The position numbers and the translations under genes are program-made. Shown here piece after piece: positions 24,453 through 38,047 of a DNA stretch of 64,000 nt (within the stretch, counting starts at the first letter, position 1; each line of letters begins with the position of its first letter). Location of the stretch: assembly GCF_006345805.1 (NCBI RefSeq), contig NC_043005.1:27218001-27282000 (forward strand). Reading direction: 5' to 3'. The notes under the pieces are model-generated. The model was not told where the DNA came from. It was given only the letters and a program-made list of their open reading frames with translations, and made no database searches. The DNA is from Octopus sinensis. Lineage: Eukaryota.

Positions 24453-24619
24453 GCCATCAATGTTCTGAGTAAAATCATTTTAACACAAAAGCCTCTTCGA
24501 GAAGTTTCACTGAAACAAAATACAACAGCTCAGTTCTGTTCTCACGTTTAAATACATTTCATAAATATTTTACGTATTGGTATCCTGTCTTAGAAGAGAA
24601 TATTTCTTTATTAACTCCA

Positions 24620-25000
24620 TTTAGAGTAACGGAAAAGAAAAGAAGGAAGAAGTTGAAAGAAAGTTGAGTGTTGAAAGAAAAGAAGTCTAAGAGTTTATTT
24701 AGGGGAGAAAGACTTTTTTGTTAGGAAGTAGAGCGAGAAGGGTTATTTACAGAATTGCAAATGGAGGACAGACCTCCTCCCCTCGAATAATTTAAAATGA
24801 AGTAAATTAAGTTTTGGAAATGAAAAACGAGTTAAGGAAAAAGATAGCTGTCTTTGATTAAAGGAAGAAGTGTCGAAGATAGAAGCCGGAGAATCGATTT
24901 TAGCAGCACAGAGACAGACTAAGAGTAAATTGGATCAAGGGAATGATAAGACTGTTCTACTCATTGGAGAATATTTGGCGAAGCATATGAGACTATAACT
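24620..25000 (+). mobile_element. Highly decayed LINE APE-endonuclease-like fragment
   Basis: DRPPP and VLLIGEYLAKH resemble the YRPP and GDFNAKH motifs; very degraded. Confidence 0.35.
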
Positions 25001-25096
25001 GATATGATGATGCTCATAGTTAACTTGAAATAATTACAAAACGTATAGACATGATGAAGTTGATGCAATAATTCACTATAGGTTTTCTTTTCTCTC

Positions 25097-25129
<33 letters not shown>

Positions 25130-25149
25130 GTTTTTTTCTTATCGGTCCA

Positions 25150-25535
25150 GTTTGCATGCACTGAAAAGAACTATGACCTTTTGATGATGGTGTGATCTTG
25201 TTATGAGATTTTCCTATCAAGGAGTATAGAGAACAACGGGCCGGATATTGTGGCCGATGATAACAAGGAAATGTTTTCTGTAATTCAAGTGGTGCACCTA
25301 TTTTGTAGTGTCGATTAAGGGATAAAAAGATAAAGTGGAACATTATAGATATTTGAAGAATGCAGTATTCAAATACTGGACAAAGAATTTAACACCGTCA
25401 CGTTCCTGTCCGTTTATCATTTGGGATTTTGGATTTTGAGAATAAACACTGGAAGGCTAGATCTTAATCTGTGATTGAGTGCAGTACAGGAAACCTGTTT
25501 GGAACAGCAAGAATTATCCTCGATACATAGTTAGG
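25150..25535 (+). mobile_element. R4/Dong-like RLE C-terminal fragment
   Basis: DGVILL.DFPIK..NNGPDIVADD..., ending LFGTARIILDT. Confidence 0.7.
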
Positions 25536-25699
25536 ACATGTATGGATACCATGGAAGGACATTAATGGGAAAAAAGACGGGAGTGCATCTTATCCTAGAT
25601 AAAGCGTTGTTTTTCGATTGGATGGGCAAATATGAACAGCATAAAAAAATAATTAATTAAATATATAAATCTATTTTGAATTATTGCAGCAACTTGTTA

Positions 25700-26060
25700 A
25701 AGGTGGGCGGTCGTTCAATTCTCACGACTGGCTCGACCGATAGTCGGATCTGTCCTACACACGACTATACCTGTTCAGCAGAGCTCATGCATTGCTTGGG
25801 CATTGCATGATCGAGTACGTTGCAGTGTCACCACTCTGTGTGCATTTCGGACAGTCCTGGCTGGCGGTATATTCATATCTGTGCAGCTCGTCTCAAGCCA
25901 ATAATGTCCATCAAGAACATCACAAGGCCAAGGATTACTGGAAATAATTCATAGTAGTCCCTAGCCTAAAAGTACCCCACGACAGACCTGCCAATTTGGT
26001 TCTCATCAACTACTAGAGTTTCCTTGACGACACCATCATCCTTACCCATCACTAGTTGTC
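25700..26060 (-). mobile_element. L1/Tx1-type ORF2 C-terminal fragment
   Basis: Decayed CP.C...H...C zinc-finger region followed by SCVGQIRLSVEPVVRI. Confidence 0.5.
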
Positions 26061-26232
26061 CTAAATACTATATTTGATGGCATATAAGATGCACTCCCTA
26101 CCTAATATCTCAAATAATCACACTGGATTCTATATGGAAAGTCGGGCCTGCATTACATGCTTTAATGCACTAAATACTATTCCCCACCCCCGCCTGAATA
26201 TGCTCTGCTGAAATTGGGGTGCGTCTAATATT

Positions 26233-26443
26233 GGTTTCAAATTTTGCCACAAAGCCAGTAACTTCGGGAGAGGATTAACTCCATTGCATCGACCCCAGTG
26301 TTCAACGGGTACCTATTTCATCCCTCCCGAAAAGATGAAAGGCAGATTTCATCTCGACGGATTTGAACCCAGAACGTAAAAACAGACGAAATGCCGTTAA
26401 GCATTTTCCCTAGCACGCTAACGATTCTGCCAGCTCGCCACTT
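26233..26443 (-). mobile_element. SINE family A
   Basis: Reverse complement of the family A head and core; flanked by GTGCGTCT(A/T)ATATT direct repeats. Confidence 0.8.
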
Positions 26444-26588
26444 TAGGTGCGTCTTATATTACCTGTTCGTCTTTGCTAAAGTGGAACTTTCAATAACTCC
26501 ATTTCCCGACTGGTGGACGACTGTAAATCACATCCTCTTGCTGCCGTTGTGGAGCCGCCTCAGCGCATTTGAGAATGAGGTTTCAATG

Positions 26589-26709
26589 CAGTGGTCCCCA
26601 GCCTTTTCCCTACCAAGGACTCCTTTTATTTAAATAAGTTTTCTCACGGACTCCTTTTAATATGCTTATACTTATATATAACTTATATATGTATGTATAC
26701 ACACACACA

Positions 26710-26756
<47 letters not shown>

Positions 26757-26884
26757 GATATATGGTCCCATGGTGGTGCTCCAGCATGACCACAGCCGCA
26801 TGGCTGAAACGAGTAAAGAATAAAAGAGTATATATATATATATATATATTATACATATTTATATATATATATATATTATATATA

Positions 26885-26928
<44 letters not shown>

Positions 26929-27194
26929 CGACAGGTTTCCTTCAGTTTCCGTCTACCAAATCCACTCATAAAGCTTTCATCAGCCTGACGCTATAATAGA
27001 AATCACTTGTCCAAGGTGCCATGCAATGGGACTAAACCCTGAACCATGTCGTTGAGAAGCAAGCTACTGACCACACAGCCACTCTTGCGCCTATATATAT
27101 ATATAAAAACAAGTTTTTTAATTTACTTCACGGACCCCCAGTACTACCTCGGCGCACCACCAGGGGTCCGCGCGCCACAGGTTGGAAACCACTG
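26589..27194. mobile_element. hAT (Charlie-like) MITE containing nested SINE B pieces
   Basis: TIR CAGTGGTCCCCAGCC / GGTTGGAAACCACTG; 8-bp TSD TTTCAATG / TTTGAATG (7 of 8 match). Confidence 0.8.
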
Positions 27195-27429
27195 TTTGAA
27201 TGTTTCGAGTATTTTGTTGAGCGGGACTGAGAAGGCCTTTCGTTTCCTTGACTGTTTGAAGCAAACCAAGTTGAATCCTGATGAGAATCGAAACAGGATC
27301 TATGACTGAGATAATATCATTTTAATGTTGTGAAACATTAGCAATCTAGAGAGGACTGTAAAACCATATTTATGCGTACTGATCGAAGCAGTATAAGCAG
27401 ATAGCACCGAGGTTATATTTAGTAGGTAT

Positions 27430-27432
27430 GTC

Positions 27433-27471
<39 letters not shown>

Positions 27472-28040
27472 TATGGTGGTGACGATAATGGTGCTATAAG
27501 AAGTAATCTATTGTTGTTATTTTTATTATTATTTTTTTATTTTTTGTTTATCTCATTGTTTTTGTTGCGCCTTTTCTCGTCTTTTTTCTTTTCCAGCAGC
27601 ACCACCACCGCCATCGCCGCCGCCGCCGCCGCCGCCGCTGCCACCACCACTACCACCACTTCCGCCACCGCCATCATCATTATCATCAGCATTAAGCACC
27701 AGCACCGCCACGCCTACATCTTTATCATGATCATCATCATTAATATCAACATCACGACGACGACCACCACCACCACCACCACCATCGTCAACACCACCAC
27801 CATCATCATCATCCTCAATACGACCAAGACCACGACGACGACGACGACGACCACCACCACCACCACCACCACTATCACCACTATCATCACACCCACCACA
27901 ATAATCGCTACCAACAGCACCAGCACCATCACAAGCACTACCACTCGTACCACTACAATCCCCGACACCACCATCGTCATCATTATCATCATCATCATCA
28001 TCATCATTAATATCATCCTCTTCGTCTCTTCCTTCCACCC
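27430..28040. repeat. Compound trinucleotide low-complexity block (AGT, CAC, GCC, CAT, GAC)
   Basis: Source of homopolymeric ORFs 27511-28068 and others. Confidence 0.9.
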
Positions 28041-28226
28041 ACCTCCTCAAAATCTGGTTAAACAATGAACATATTTAAATCATTGAGGATTGGTCTTGAA
28101 ATAGTAAATCAGAATCCTATATCGGGGACTCAGTCGCTCTCTCTCCTGGCTCTCCTGGGAATTCAGCCATTCACTCATACATAAGGGACGTGTCTTTCTC
28201 TGTGTGTGTGCGTGTGTGCGTGTGTG

Positions 28227-28257
<31 letters not shown>

Positions 28258-28296
28258 TTGTGTGCGTATTATACATACATATATATATGTGTATTA

Positions 28297-28341
<45 letters not shown>

Positions 28342-28466
28342 TTATGTATGTATGTATGTATGTATTATGTATGTTATGTATGTATGTATGTATGTATGTA
28401 TATATGTATGTGTATATATATACACCCAAACGCACACCCAAATATCCATATATACGTGTATGTATA

Positions 28467-28502
<36 letters not shown>

Positions 28503-29274
28503 CGTATATATGGATATTTGGATGTGCGTTTGGGTGGATATAGATGTATGCATGTACTATATAATAAATACACACACACACACACACACACATATATATT
28601 ATATATATATATATACATAGCTTATCTCTCTCGCCCCCTCTCCGTACACACACAACATATTTATAGATATGTGTATGTGTGTGTGTGAGTATGTATATAT
28701 TATATATATATATATACACATACAAGTATGGGTGTGTGTGTATATATATATATATGTAAATGTATGTATTTGTGTATGTGTGTAAGTACATACATACATA
28801 CAGACAGACAAACATACACATATACAATACACAGACTAGTTGGCGAAAGCGATTTCAACTATAGTTTTCTGTAACTCACTCGGAACCAAACTATTATGGC
28901 AAAAGTTTCGTGACGTAAGAGCTGCTGCTGGGTGGCGTGGAAGGGTGTGGGGGCAGGTGCATTGCGACTGTAATAGAGATGAATTGGCTCAGGGGATCGT
29001 ATCCACCACATCACATAAACCTATATCTATAAACACGTCACATTCTGTTCTTAACTTGTTAGGACAATACGTGAACATACACAAAGAAGCGTACATACGC
29101 AAGCGTAAAGATGCGCTAGAGCTATACGCAGAAAGACGTACAGACATGGGAATAAATGAATATACAACGTTCGTATACTTACGTGTGTGTATATCTATAT
29201 GTGTCTGTCTGTCTGTTCTCTATGGATATATGGATGTATGGATCTGTATATATGTGAGTATGTGTGTGGTGTTG

Positions 29275-29317
<43 letters not shown>

Positions 29318-29349
29318 TATATATTATATATTATTATTTTTTATTTTTT

Positions 29350-29433
<84 letters not shown>

Positions 29434-30269
29434 ACATATATATACACACTCACACACATGAAGACACACACACATACACACAAACACACACTTATATCCA
29501 TGTGTATATGCATATATGATCCGATACTCTTCTGTATACATGGGTAGATATGTGCGTATACATATATAGATACATACACACACAAACATATATATGTATA
29601 CACAGACACAGACACACACACACACACATACACATACATATCTATGCATATATCACCCCATATGCGATGTGTTGTACGTGGGTGGATATACATACCTATA
29701 TACGAACATGCATACATGTGCATACCTATACATATGTTTGTGTATGTGTATGTATGTATGTATGTATGTATGTATGTATGTATGTATGTATGTATGTATG
29801 TACGTATGTATTAACAGAGTGAGGAGAGATGATATTTTCCCTAAAGAATACGAGGGAGCGTATACTTTCAAATACGTACTATTGTAATATACCTACATAT
29901 ATACAGATGTAAATACAGACATGTGGTAGTAACAACAACAACAACAATAATAATAATGATAATGATAATAATAAAAGTTATTGTCGTTAATGCTGTTGGT
30001 GTTGTTGCTGTTATATTTTGCCTATGCTTCAATTTGTACGAGCTGCACCCAAGTCTCAACCAGAGTCGTCAAGGGACAACAAGTTTTTGCATCTAAAGCT
30101 GCAAACGGGTGAGGTGCCGTGCATTTGAAAAAACAAACAAACGGATGACTGTGTGTTATGAAATGTTCTTTTTATAAAACTTATAATAAAAGTGAATGAT
30201 GAAGATTGTATTTACATGGAAAGGAATTTACGTATTATGTGTGAGGTACCCAAAGGTATGATCTTTGTT

Positions 30270-30545
30270 TCATATCACTTATTTTCGGGCTGACAGGAAT
30301 TTGTTCTAGATATTTGTTTGTTCCTTTTGATATCTTTCCAACTGACCCAAGAACAATAGGTAATATCGTTGCTTTGGGATGTCACATTCTTCTGATTTCA
30401 ATCTCCAAGTCCTTATTTTTGCTCAGTTTCTCAAACATTTTACCGATGTGTTTTTTGTCAGCTGGGGTTGTAACATCCACAATGTCTTTTCAACATGATC
30501 TTTCAGAACTATGTCTGGTCGGTTTTCCAAAGCTTCATGACACGA
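30270..30545 (-). mobile_element. R4/Dong-like RLE domain fragment
   Basis: NRPDIVLKDH...VDVTTPAD...EKLSKNKDLEIEIRRM...LPIVLGSVG. Confidence 0.8.
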
Positions 30546-30588
30546 AATTTAAAAAGAAACAGTTCTGATAATTGCTGATATATTGAAT

Positions 30589-30746
30589 GGCACGTAGGAG
30601 TGGGTGTGTGGTAAGTAGCTTGCATACGAACCACATGGTTCCGGGTTCAGTCCTAATGTGAGGCACCTTGGGCAAGCCTCGGGCCGACCAAAGCTTTGTG
30701 AGTGGATTTGGTAGACGGAAACTGAAAGAAGCCCGTCGTATATATG

Positions 30747-30785
<39 letters not shown>

Positions 30786-31027
30786 TGTGTGTGGTGTGTG
30801 TGTGTGTGTGTGTGTATGTTTGTGTGTGTGTGTTTGTCCCCCCAACATCGCCTAACAACCGATGCTGGTGTGTTTATGTCCCCGTAACTTAGCGGTTCGG
30901 CAAAAAGAGACCGATAGAATAAGTACTAGGCTTACAAAGAATAAGTCCTGGGGTCTATTTGCTCGACTAAAGGCGGTGCTCCAGCATGGCCACAGTCAAA
31001 TGACTGAAACAAGTAAAAGAGTAAAAA
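30589..31027 (+). mobile_element. SINE family B, full length
   Basis: Same structure as 8771-9149; sits between the R4-like RT and RLE pieces. Confidence 0.9.
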
Positions 31028-31029
31028 GG

Positions 31030-31635
31030 GCACCAGGCAATTCTATCCAGCTGTGAGGAAGATTATCAAAGGTCGTTTTATAATCTATCCAGGCCACTGA
31101 TGTTTTTTATTACTGCTGTGATAATCATCAAGAATTATTTTTTTAATTAATAACTGATCCCTGTATATATATGACTCGTGTTTACACCATTTTTGTTCAT
31201 CAGGAAAAATATTGTTGTTAACGAGGAAAGCATTTGTGTGTTCCATTTTGCCAGATGTGTGTTCCATTATGCCAGATGTATGTTCTGCCAGATGGAAGAA
31301 TCTAGTACATTGGTGCAAGGCATGTTATAAGTCTGTAATTCTTAGAGATTTTTGATTCATTACTTTTGGGAAGTAAAAAAAAGTAATACCATTGAGCAGC
31401 CATTCCAGGGTCATTTGCACTTTTTTTCATAACAATAAGTTAGGTTTTTATGCAAATTTGTAAGGATATTCAGCCAATAGTTCGGAATCTTACCTTTACC
31501 AGCAGACGTCCATTTATTGAACTTTTTCATTGTAAGTCTGATATCTAAACTGATGTCTTCCCATATTGGTTCTTTGTTCTTGTCTGTTAACCGTTGGATA
31601 TCACAGGTAAATTCCTCGTCTGCCTAACAGAACTC
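31030..31635 (-). mobile_element. R4/Dong-like reverse transcriptase fragment
   Basis: KWTSAGK.KIPNYWL, LLPKSN..SKNYRLITCL, FPDEQKWCK, DQLLIKKII, AWIDYKTTFDNLPHSWI. Confidence 0.85.
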
Positions 31636-31646
31636 AAAATTATTAT

Positions 31647-31975
31647 TATTTTACGTTTGACTTTTGCTTTACATTTGTACAAGTTGGCTCGAAGTCTCAC
31701 CCAGAGACCTCAAGAGACAACAAGTTAGAAGTTCATGTTGGTGTTACGCCTAGGGTGTCTTATATTTGGTTTTGTACATAGTGTTGTTCTAGAGAACGGT
31801 TAAGAAAACATAAGAAAATTATGAGTTTGTTTTAAAATTTGAGATTATATAGCCAGTATTTTACGTAGGATATAGGCAGTTCCCATGAGCACTATCTTTT
31901 GAATTTCTGCCATTTTGGGATTTCCTGATATCTGAGCTAGGTAGCAATCAGTCCCTTTTGCTATCATGATATCTG
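31647..31975 (-). mobile_element. 3' end of an R4/Dong-like LINE with 3' UTR and (AAT)n tail
   Basis: EIQKIVLMGTAYILRKILAI*, followed by a UTR ending AAATAATAATAAT. Confidence 0.8.
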
Positions 31976-31977
31976 AG

Positions 31978-32013
<36 letters not shown>

Positions 32014-32161
32014 TTATTATTATTATTATTCAAATTCCGCTGAAACTTCGCCTTTCATCCTTTCGAGATCGATAAATTAAGTACCAGTTGCATACTGGAG
32101 TCGATGTAATTGACCAGTCCCCCTCCCCCAAATTTCAGGTCTTATGTAAATAGTAGAAAGG

Positions 32162-32435
32162 ACCGCTAAGTTACGCGGACGTAAACACACCAGCATCGGT
32201 TGTCAAGCGATGGTGGAGGGACAAACACACACCACACAAACATATACACACACATATATACATATATATATACGACGGGCTTCTTTCAGTTTCCGTCTAA
32301 CAACTCTACTCACAAGGCTTCGGTCAGCCCGAGGCTATAGTAGAAGACACTTGCCCAAGGTGCCACGCAGTGAGACTGAACCCGGAACCATGTGGTTGGT
32401 AAGCCAGCTTCTTACCACACAGCTACTCTTACGCC
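32162..32435 (-). mobile_element. SINE family B, 3'-truncated
   Basis: Reverse complement of the family B 5' two-thirds. Confidence 0.85.
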
Positions 32436-32883
32436 TAAGAGAAACATTTGGTTCTTTTCCCTGTAGATAACAACATTGTTGATCACTCATTTGTGTATCT
32501 GTCCTGGTTAGGAAGGGAATGTATACCGCACTGAACTCTAGGAAAACGAACAGTCATCAATTACAGCATACATCAGCTGCTACCGGCTGCAGTAAACTAT
32601 ACACCCATCTTACATTAAGTTTCTAGGAACTTGTTAGATCTGGCCACCACTTACACCATCTCGAAAGACCTCTCAGCTGTTTGTCTGCTACCTTGTACAA
32701 AACGCACTTAGATCCAGATTCTCACCTTAAAGCAAGTTATTAAAAATAAATAATAGCATAACATATACTCTGTCGAAAATACTTACCTATATACAAATAT
32801 ATATATTTATACATACACACACACGCACACACGCACACACATATATATACATATATACACACACACCACACAACCACATATAT

Positions 32884-32914
<31 letters not shown>

Positions 32915-32920
32915 CAACCT

Positions 32921-32968
<48 letters not shown>

Positions 32969-33235
32969 GCACAAATGTATACATATATATATACATGTGT
33001 ATGTATGTCTATGTCTATGTATATATACACATATATATTGTATATGTATATGTATATGTATATAATATGTATATGTATATGTATATTATGTATATATATA
33101 CATGTGTGTGTGTGATATATATGTATATATATATGTATATAATGCATATATATGTATATATATCATACATATATATGTTATATATATATGTGTATATATA
33201 TGGTATATATATATTATATATATATATATATATAT

Positions 33236-33271
<36 letters not shown>

Positions 33272-33756
33272 CACGAAATTCAAAACCATTGTGAAAAATA
33301 AATAATACACAATGGTGCAGTATTGATAAAGACGTTCTCTCGAATGATCCAAATAAACAAGAAATTTACTAGTCTTTATTGTCGTCTGTTTTGTAAGATA
33401 CCTCAACTTTCTCAGTTTTGAGTTATAATGCCCGCCATTTTAAAATACCGAAAACTTAAAAGATGATATTATTGACAGATCGATTTTGATTTGTTTCTCG
33501 TTTTAGACCGATTTTACCTTTCATCTTTGTCTTGCGAAATAGAAAATAAAACAACAACAACGCAAGCATCAATTATTTTGGACAAATATTTCATATAATT
33601 GCATATGTGTGTATAAAATTGTATGCATGCATGTACGTACGTATATTTGCGAGCATGCATGTATGTATGATTGTAGGTTTGTTGGATAGCTGGGGTGTAC
33701 GGATAGACTTACGTATGCATGAATGTATGTGTGAATGTGTGTGAAAATGTATGTGC

Positions 33757-33817
<61 letters not shown>

Positions 33818-34558
33818 TACATCGATACGAATTATGAGTGCGTATGTATAAATGTATCTGTGTATGCGTGTGTGTATGTATTTGTCTATATATGTATGTA
33901 TACGTTCATGTATTTTTTCAAATGAAACTTTCAAATCTCAAGGACGATAAACATGGGTCCCCCTCTCTTACTCCCACTTTTTTTCGTTCTCTCTCTCCCT
34001 CTAGTTCTCTAGGTGTCTATTTTTGTATATATATATATATATATATATATACGCATTGATACATGTTCATAAATACACAAAAACAAATTTAGATACATAT
34101 AGATGTAGTCTATTATTCTATTATAAAATGATAGAATACATGTTTATGAACGTTTATATATATATATATATATATATATTATACATACACGCACTCACAC
34201 ACACACACACGCACACACACACACACACACACCACACACCACACTATATATATATATATATATTATTATATGTATGTATGTATGTACATCTACATACATC
34301 ATCTATATTATATATGCTCATACCATTGTGTATTATTTATTTTTCAGAATAGTTTCAATTTCATGATATATATATATATATATATACATACAACATACTG
34401 ACACACACACACACACACACCACACCACACACACACACACATATATAATATATATATATATATAGATATATATAATATATATATATATATATACATTCAT
34501 ATATATATATATATACATATTCACCGCTTCTACATCTATCTATTTATCTATCTATCTA

Positions 34559-34658
<100 letters not shown>

Positions 34659-34820
34659 CGCGCGTGTGTGTGTGTGCGCGCGTGTGTGTGTGTGCGCGCG
34701 TGTGTGTGTGTGAGGTGTGTGTACAAAATCAGTGTAGGGAGGGAGTGTAGATCCCATGCAAAATAAGTGAAAATATTTTTTGTATTGAATGCGAACCATA
34801 TCAAGTGATTTCGCACTCAC

Positions 34821-34850
34821 TGTCTAATTCTGTTGGTGTGTGTTTACCTG
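34821..34850 (-). other. Candidate 27/30-nt microexon of an unknown host gene
   Basis: Minus strand reads ttttccag/CAG/GTAAACACACACCAACAGAATTAGACA/gtgagt: NAGNAG acceptor, consensus donor, length a multiple of 3. For the 30-nt form only phase 1 is open (AGKHTPTELD). Confidence 0.25.
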
Positions 34851-34859
34851 CTGGAAAAT

Positions 34860-34891
<32 letters not shown>

Positions 34892-35010
34892 ACACACACA
34901 CGCACACACACACTCACACACACACACACACACTCACACACACACTCACACACACACTCACACACACACATTATATATGTATAATGTATATATATGTGTA
35001 TGTATATGAT

Positions 35011-35050
<40 letters not shown>

Positions 35051-35080
35051 TGTGTGTGTGTGTGTGCGTGTGTGTATGTG

Positions 35081-35112
<32 letters not shown>

Positions 35113-35537
35113 CATACATGCATATATATACATACACGCACATGCATACACACACACATACATAAACACACATGCATATACATACATATACATAGAGACG
35201 CATGCACAAGCTCTCTCACGCATGCCCCCCCCCCCGACACACACACACACCACACACGTACCCGCAGCCCACTTTGTCACCTTGTGTTTCCTTATGTTTC
35301 CAGTTCTCTTGAACTTTTCTATCCACAGTTCTCCCTTATAACAACATGTGCTGTACCTAGGCAGGGGTCAACCAAACTATGTCATGTTCTATTGTCTCAC
35401 CTCCTATCCCGGATCATATTTCAGACCACCGTATTAATCCTATCACTTCTTCCATTTCTGACAGCTGAGCAAATAAATAGCGCCTCCTCTCGATCGCAAT
35501 ATAAATCTTATGTCTTTCAGTGGCAGAAATACATTTA

Positions 35538-35539
35538 AC

Positions 35540-35604
<65 letters not shown>

Positions 35605-35621
35605 TGATGATGATGATGATG

Positions 35622-35664
<43 letters not shown>

Positions 35665-35699
35665 TAACAATAATGATAATAATAATAATAATAATAATA

Positions 35700-35741
<42 letters not shown>

Positions 35742-35789
35742 TAATAATAATAATAATAATAATAATGATATATGATGATGTTGATAATA

Positions 35790-35835
<46 letters not shown>

Positions 35836-35850
35836 TAGTAATAATAGTGA
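35538..35850. repeat. (AAT)n/(GAT)n microsatellite array
   Basis: About 310-bp trinucleotide array. Confidence 0.95.
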
Positions 35851-35902
35851 TGATGATGTTATCTGTGTATAATAACACTAGTGGTGGTGGTGGTGGTTGG
35901 TT

Positions 35903-35944
<42 letters not shown>

Positions 35945-35995
35945 CAAGTAGCGATTTTTTTTTAGATCTAGATACACGACCAGAAATTGGGTCGA

Positions 35996-36529
35996 ACGCT
36001 CCTGATGCAGTACCGGCAGCGGCTCTCATGGCTTCTGATCTTAACTGCTTGAAAGTGTTATCATGTACGTTGTTTTGTCTTGGTATAAAAGATGGACCTC
36101 AGCAAATATTCTGCTCAATACCACAGATTTGCTTGTCAGTTGTTTGACTTTAACCAGTTGAGCATATCCCTTAGTGGCTGAAGTAGTCGGGGAACATCAT
36201 AGTCATGTATTGAGGGGAATTCTTTGGGGGTTTGGATAATTCACCTTTGGAAACATGGGTATTTCATCAACATCCCTAAACAAACCTTATTCAGGGATCT
36301 TTTGAGAGGGATAGGTTACTCAACCTGAAGTAAATTCTAACTGGGTTCCCCTCCTGCAAGGTCATGTGCTGTTAATCTGGATATAAAATCACCATGCCGC
36401 GCACATATGGTTGTGATGCATGCGCCTGGTGTCCCCTTATCAGACGAGTAATCATCATTGGTATACTGGGCTTCGTTATTTGTACCCCAGTGTCACTTAG
36501 ATGGCATACGCTGCTCTCTCACTCAGTAA

Positions 36530-36530
<1 letters not shown>
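35996..36530. mobile_element. Dispersed repeat family D (unclassified, about 550 bp)
   Basis: Second copy at 51601-52110; both abut (AGT)n or (AAT)n arrays. Confidence 0.8.
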
Positions 36531-36576
<46 letters not shown>

Positions 36577-37379
36577 ATTTTAATTTCTTAAAGTCTAGAT
36601 ACAAGACCAGAAATTCGAAGAAAAAAGTGTTAGTCAATTATATCGACCTCCGTACTTCACAGCTACTTTAGTTTATCGGCCCCGAAATTATGAAAGGCAA
36701 CGTCAACCGCGTGGGGATTTGAACTCAGAATGTAAACAGCAAAAGGAAATACTGCAAAGCATTTCTTTTGACGATCAAATACTTCTGCCAATCCTTCACC
36801 CTTCTGCTAACTTGTTTTCTTACAAAGGCACATCCAGGTTTTTCTCAGAGATGAAAGACGTAGTTGATTTCTACTGAATTTGAACTCGAAAGGTAAATCA
36901 GTTTATCCGACGCTCAAACAATTCTGTCCATCCATCATTCTTTATAATTAGCGCTCCTGCTGTTATTAGCAATGTTTTTACTTTCAAACCCGCCATCCTA
37001 CTTCTTTTACGTCCATGATCCTTGTACTTTGACAGTTTCTTCACCTCGTTAATGCAAAAACAGATACGGGCACGAATATCACCATGTTAAATGAAGTAAT
37101 ATACCAGCAGAAAAGTGGTATCAAAGTCAAGTCAGTACTCTGTCATATTTACTCATATAGGAACAACAATAACGAAAGTAAACAACACGGAAAACTAAAC
37201 AAAGAGAAAATGGTAGAAAATATAGGAAAAGGTATGTTCAATTCTTAATATTATCGAAAGAGAAACGATACAACTGAAGAATACTGTGGGATAAATAACA
37301 GAAAAATAACGGAAAACTCAAGAAAATAGGAAACAAGAGATCCGATCGTGTCTAACAATAAGTGAATGTGACATCATGA

Positions 37380-38003
37380 TAACCGTAAATGTTTTTTTTA
37401 AGCAAACAAATTAAAAAACAATCAACCAGCTTTAATATATGGACAGCCTCAGGTTGTAGGCTTGCAAATAAAAAAAATTGCTAAAAACTGAATTGATACG
37501 AAATTCAGATTAGAAAAATGCACCACAGGATCTTTGAAGAAAGGAAAATTAAGAACACTTATACCCTGTAATGGGCAGAAATAGAAGCCAAAAAATTACA
37601 CCAAACACATTCTCATAAATATTTAGAAACCAATGAACTAAACATGCATAAAAACAACAACAACAAAAAAAAAACGAAAAGGGAAATTAGGAAAGACTGT
37701 TAAAATGTGTATTAGGTTGATACTTAAAACAGAGCAAAAATTGAAAGAAATCCATAATCTGTTCTAGTAATATTTCCAGCTAGATACTTACTCTTTACTC
37801 TTTACTCCTTTTAATTGTTTCAGTCATTTGACTGCGGCCATGCTGGAGCACCGCCTTTAGTCGAGCAAATCGACCCCGGGACTTATTCTTTGTAAGCCCA
37901 GTACTTATTCTATCGGTCTCTTTTGCCGAACCGCTAAGTGACGGGGACGTAGACACACCAGCATCGGTTGTCAAGCAATGCTAGGGGTACAAACACAAAC
38001 ACG

Positions 38004-38047
<44 letters not shown>

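Noticed and set aside
27270-27300. CTGATGA GAATC GAAAC resembling a hammerhead core
   Set aside because: Helix II would have only a 1-nt loop, there is no matching cleavage site or helix I, and ATCCTG/CAGGAT instead pairs the core into a plain hairpin.
27511-28068. Long poly-T/I/D/G ORFs, also near 35.4-35.9, 53.6-54.4, 60.4-61.0 and 62.1-63.1 kb
   Set aside because: Stop-free trinucleotide repeats open in several frames on both strands.
28840-29547. 235-aa ORF
   Set aside because: Non-ATG start, second half is microsatellite, and the first half has no recognisable motif.
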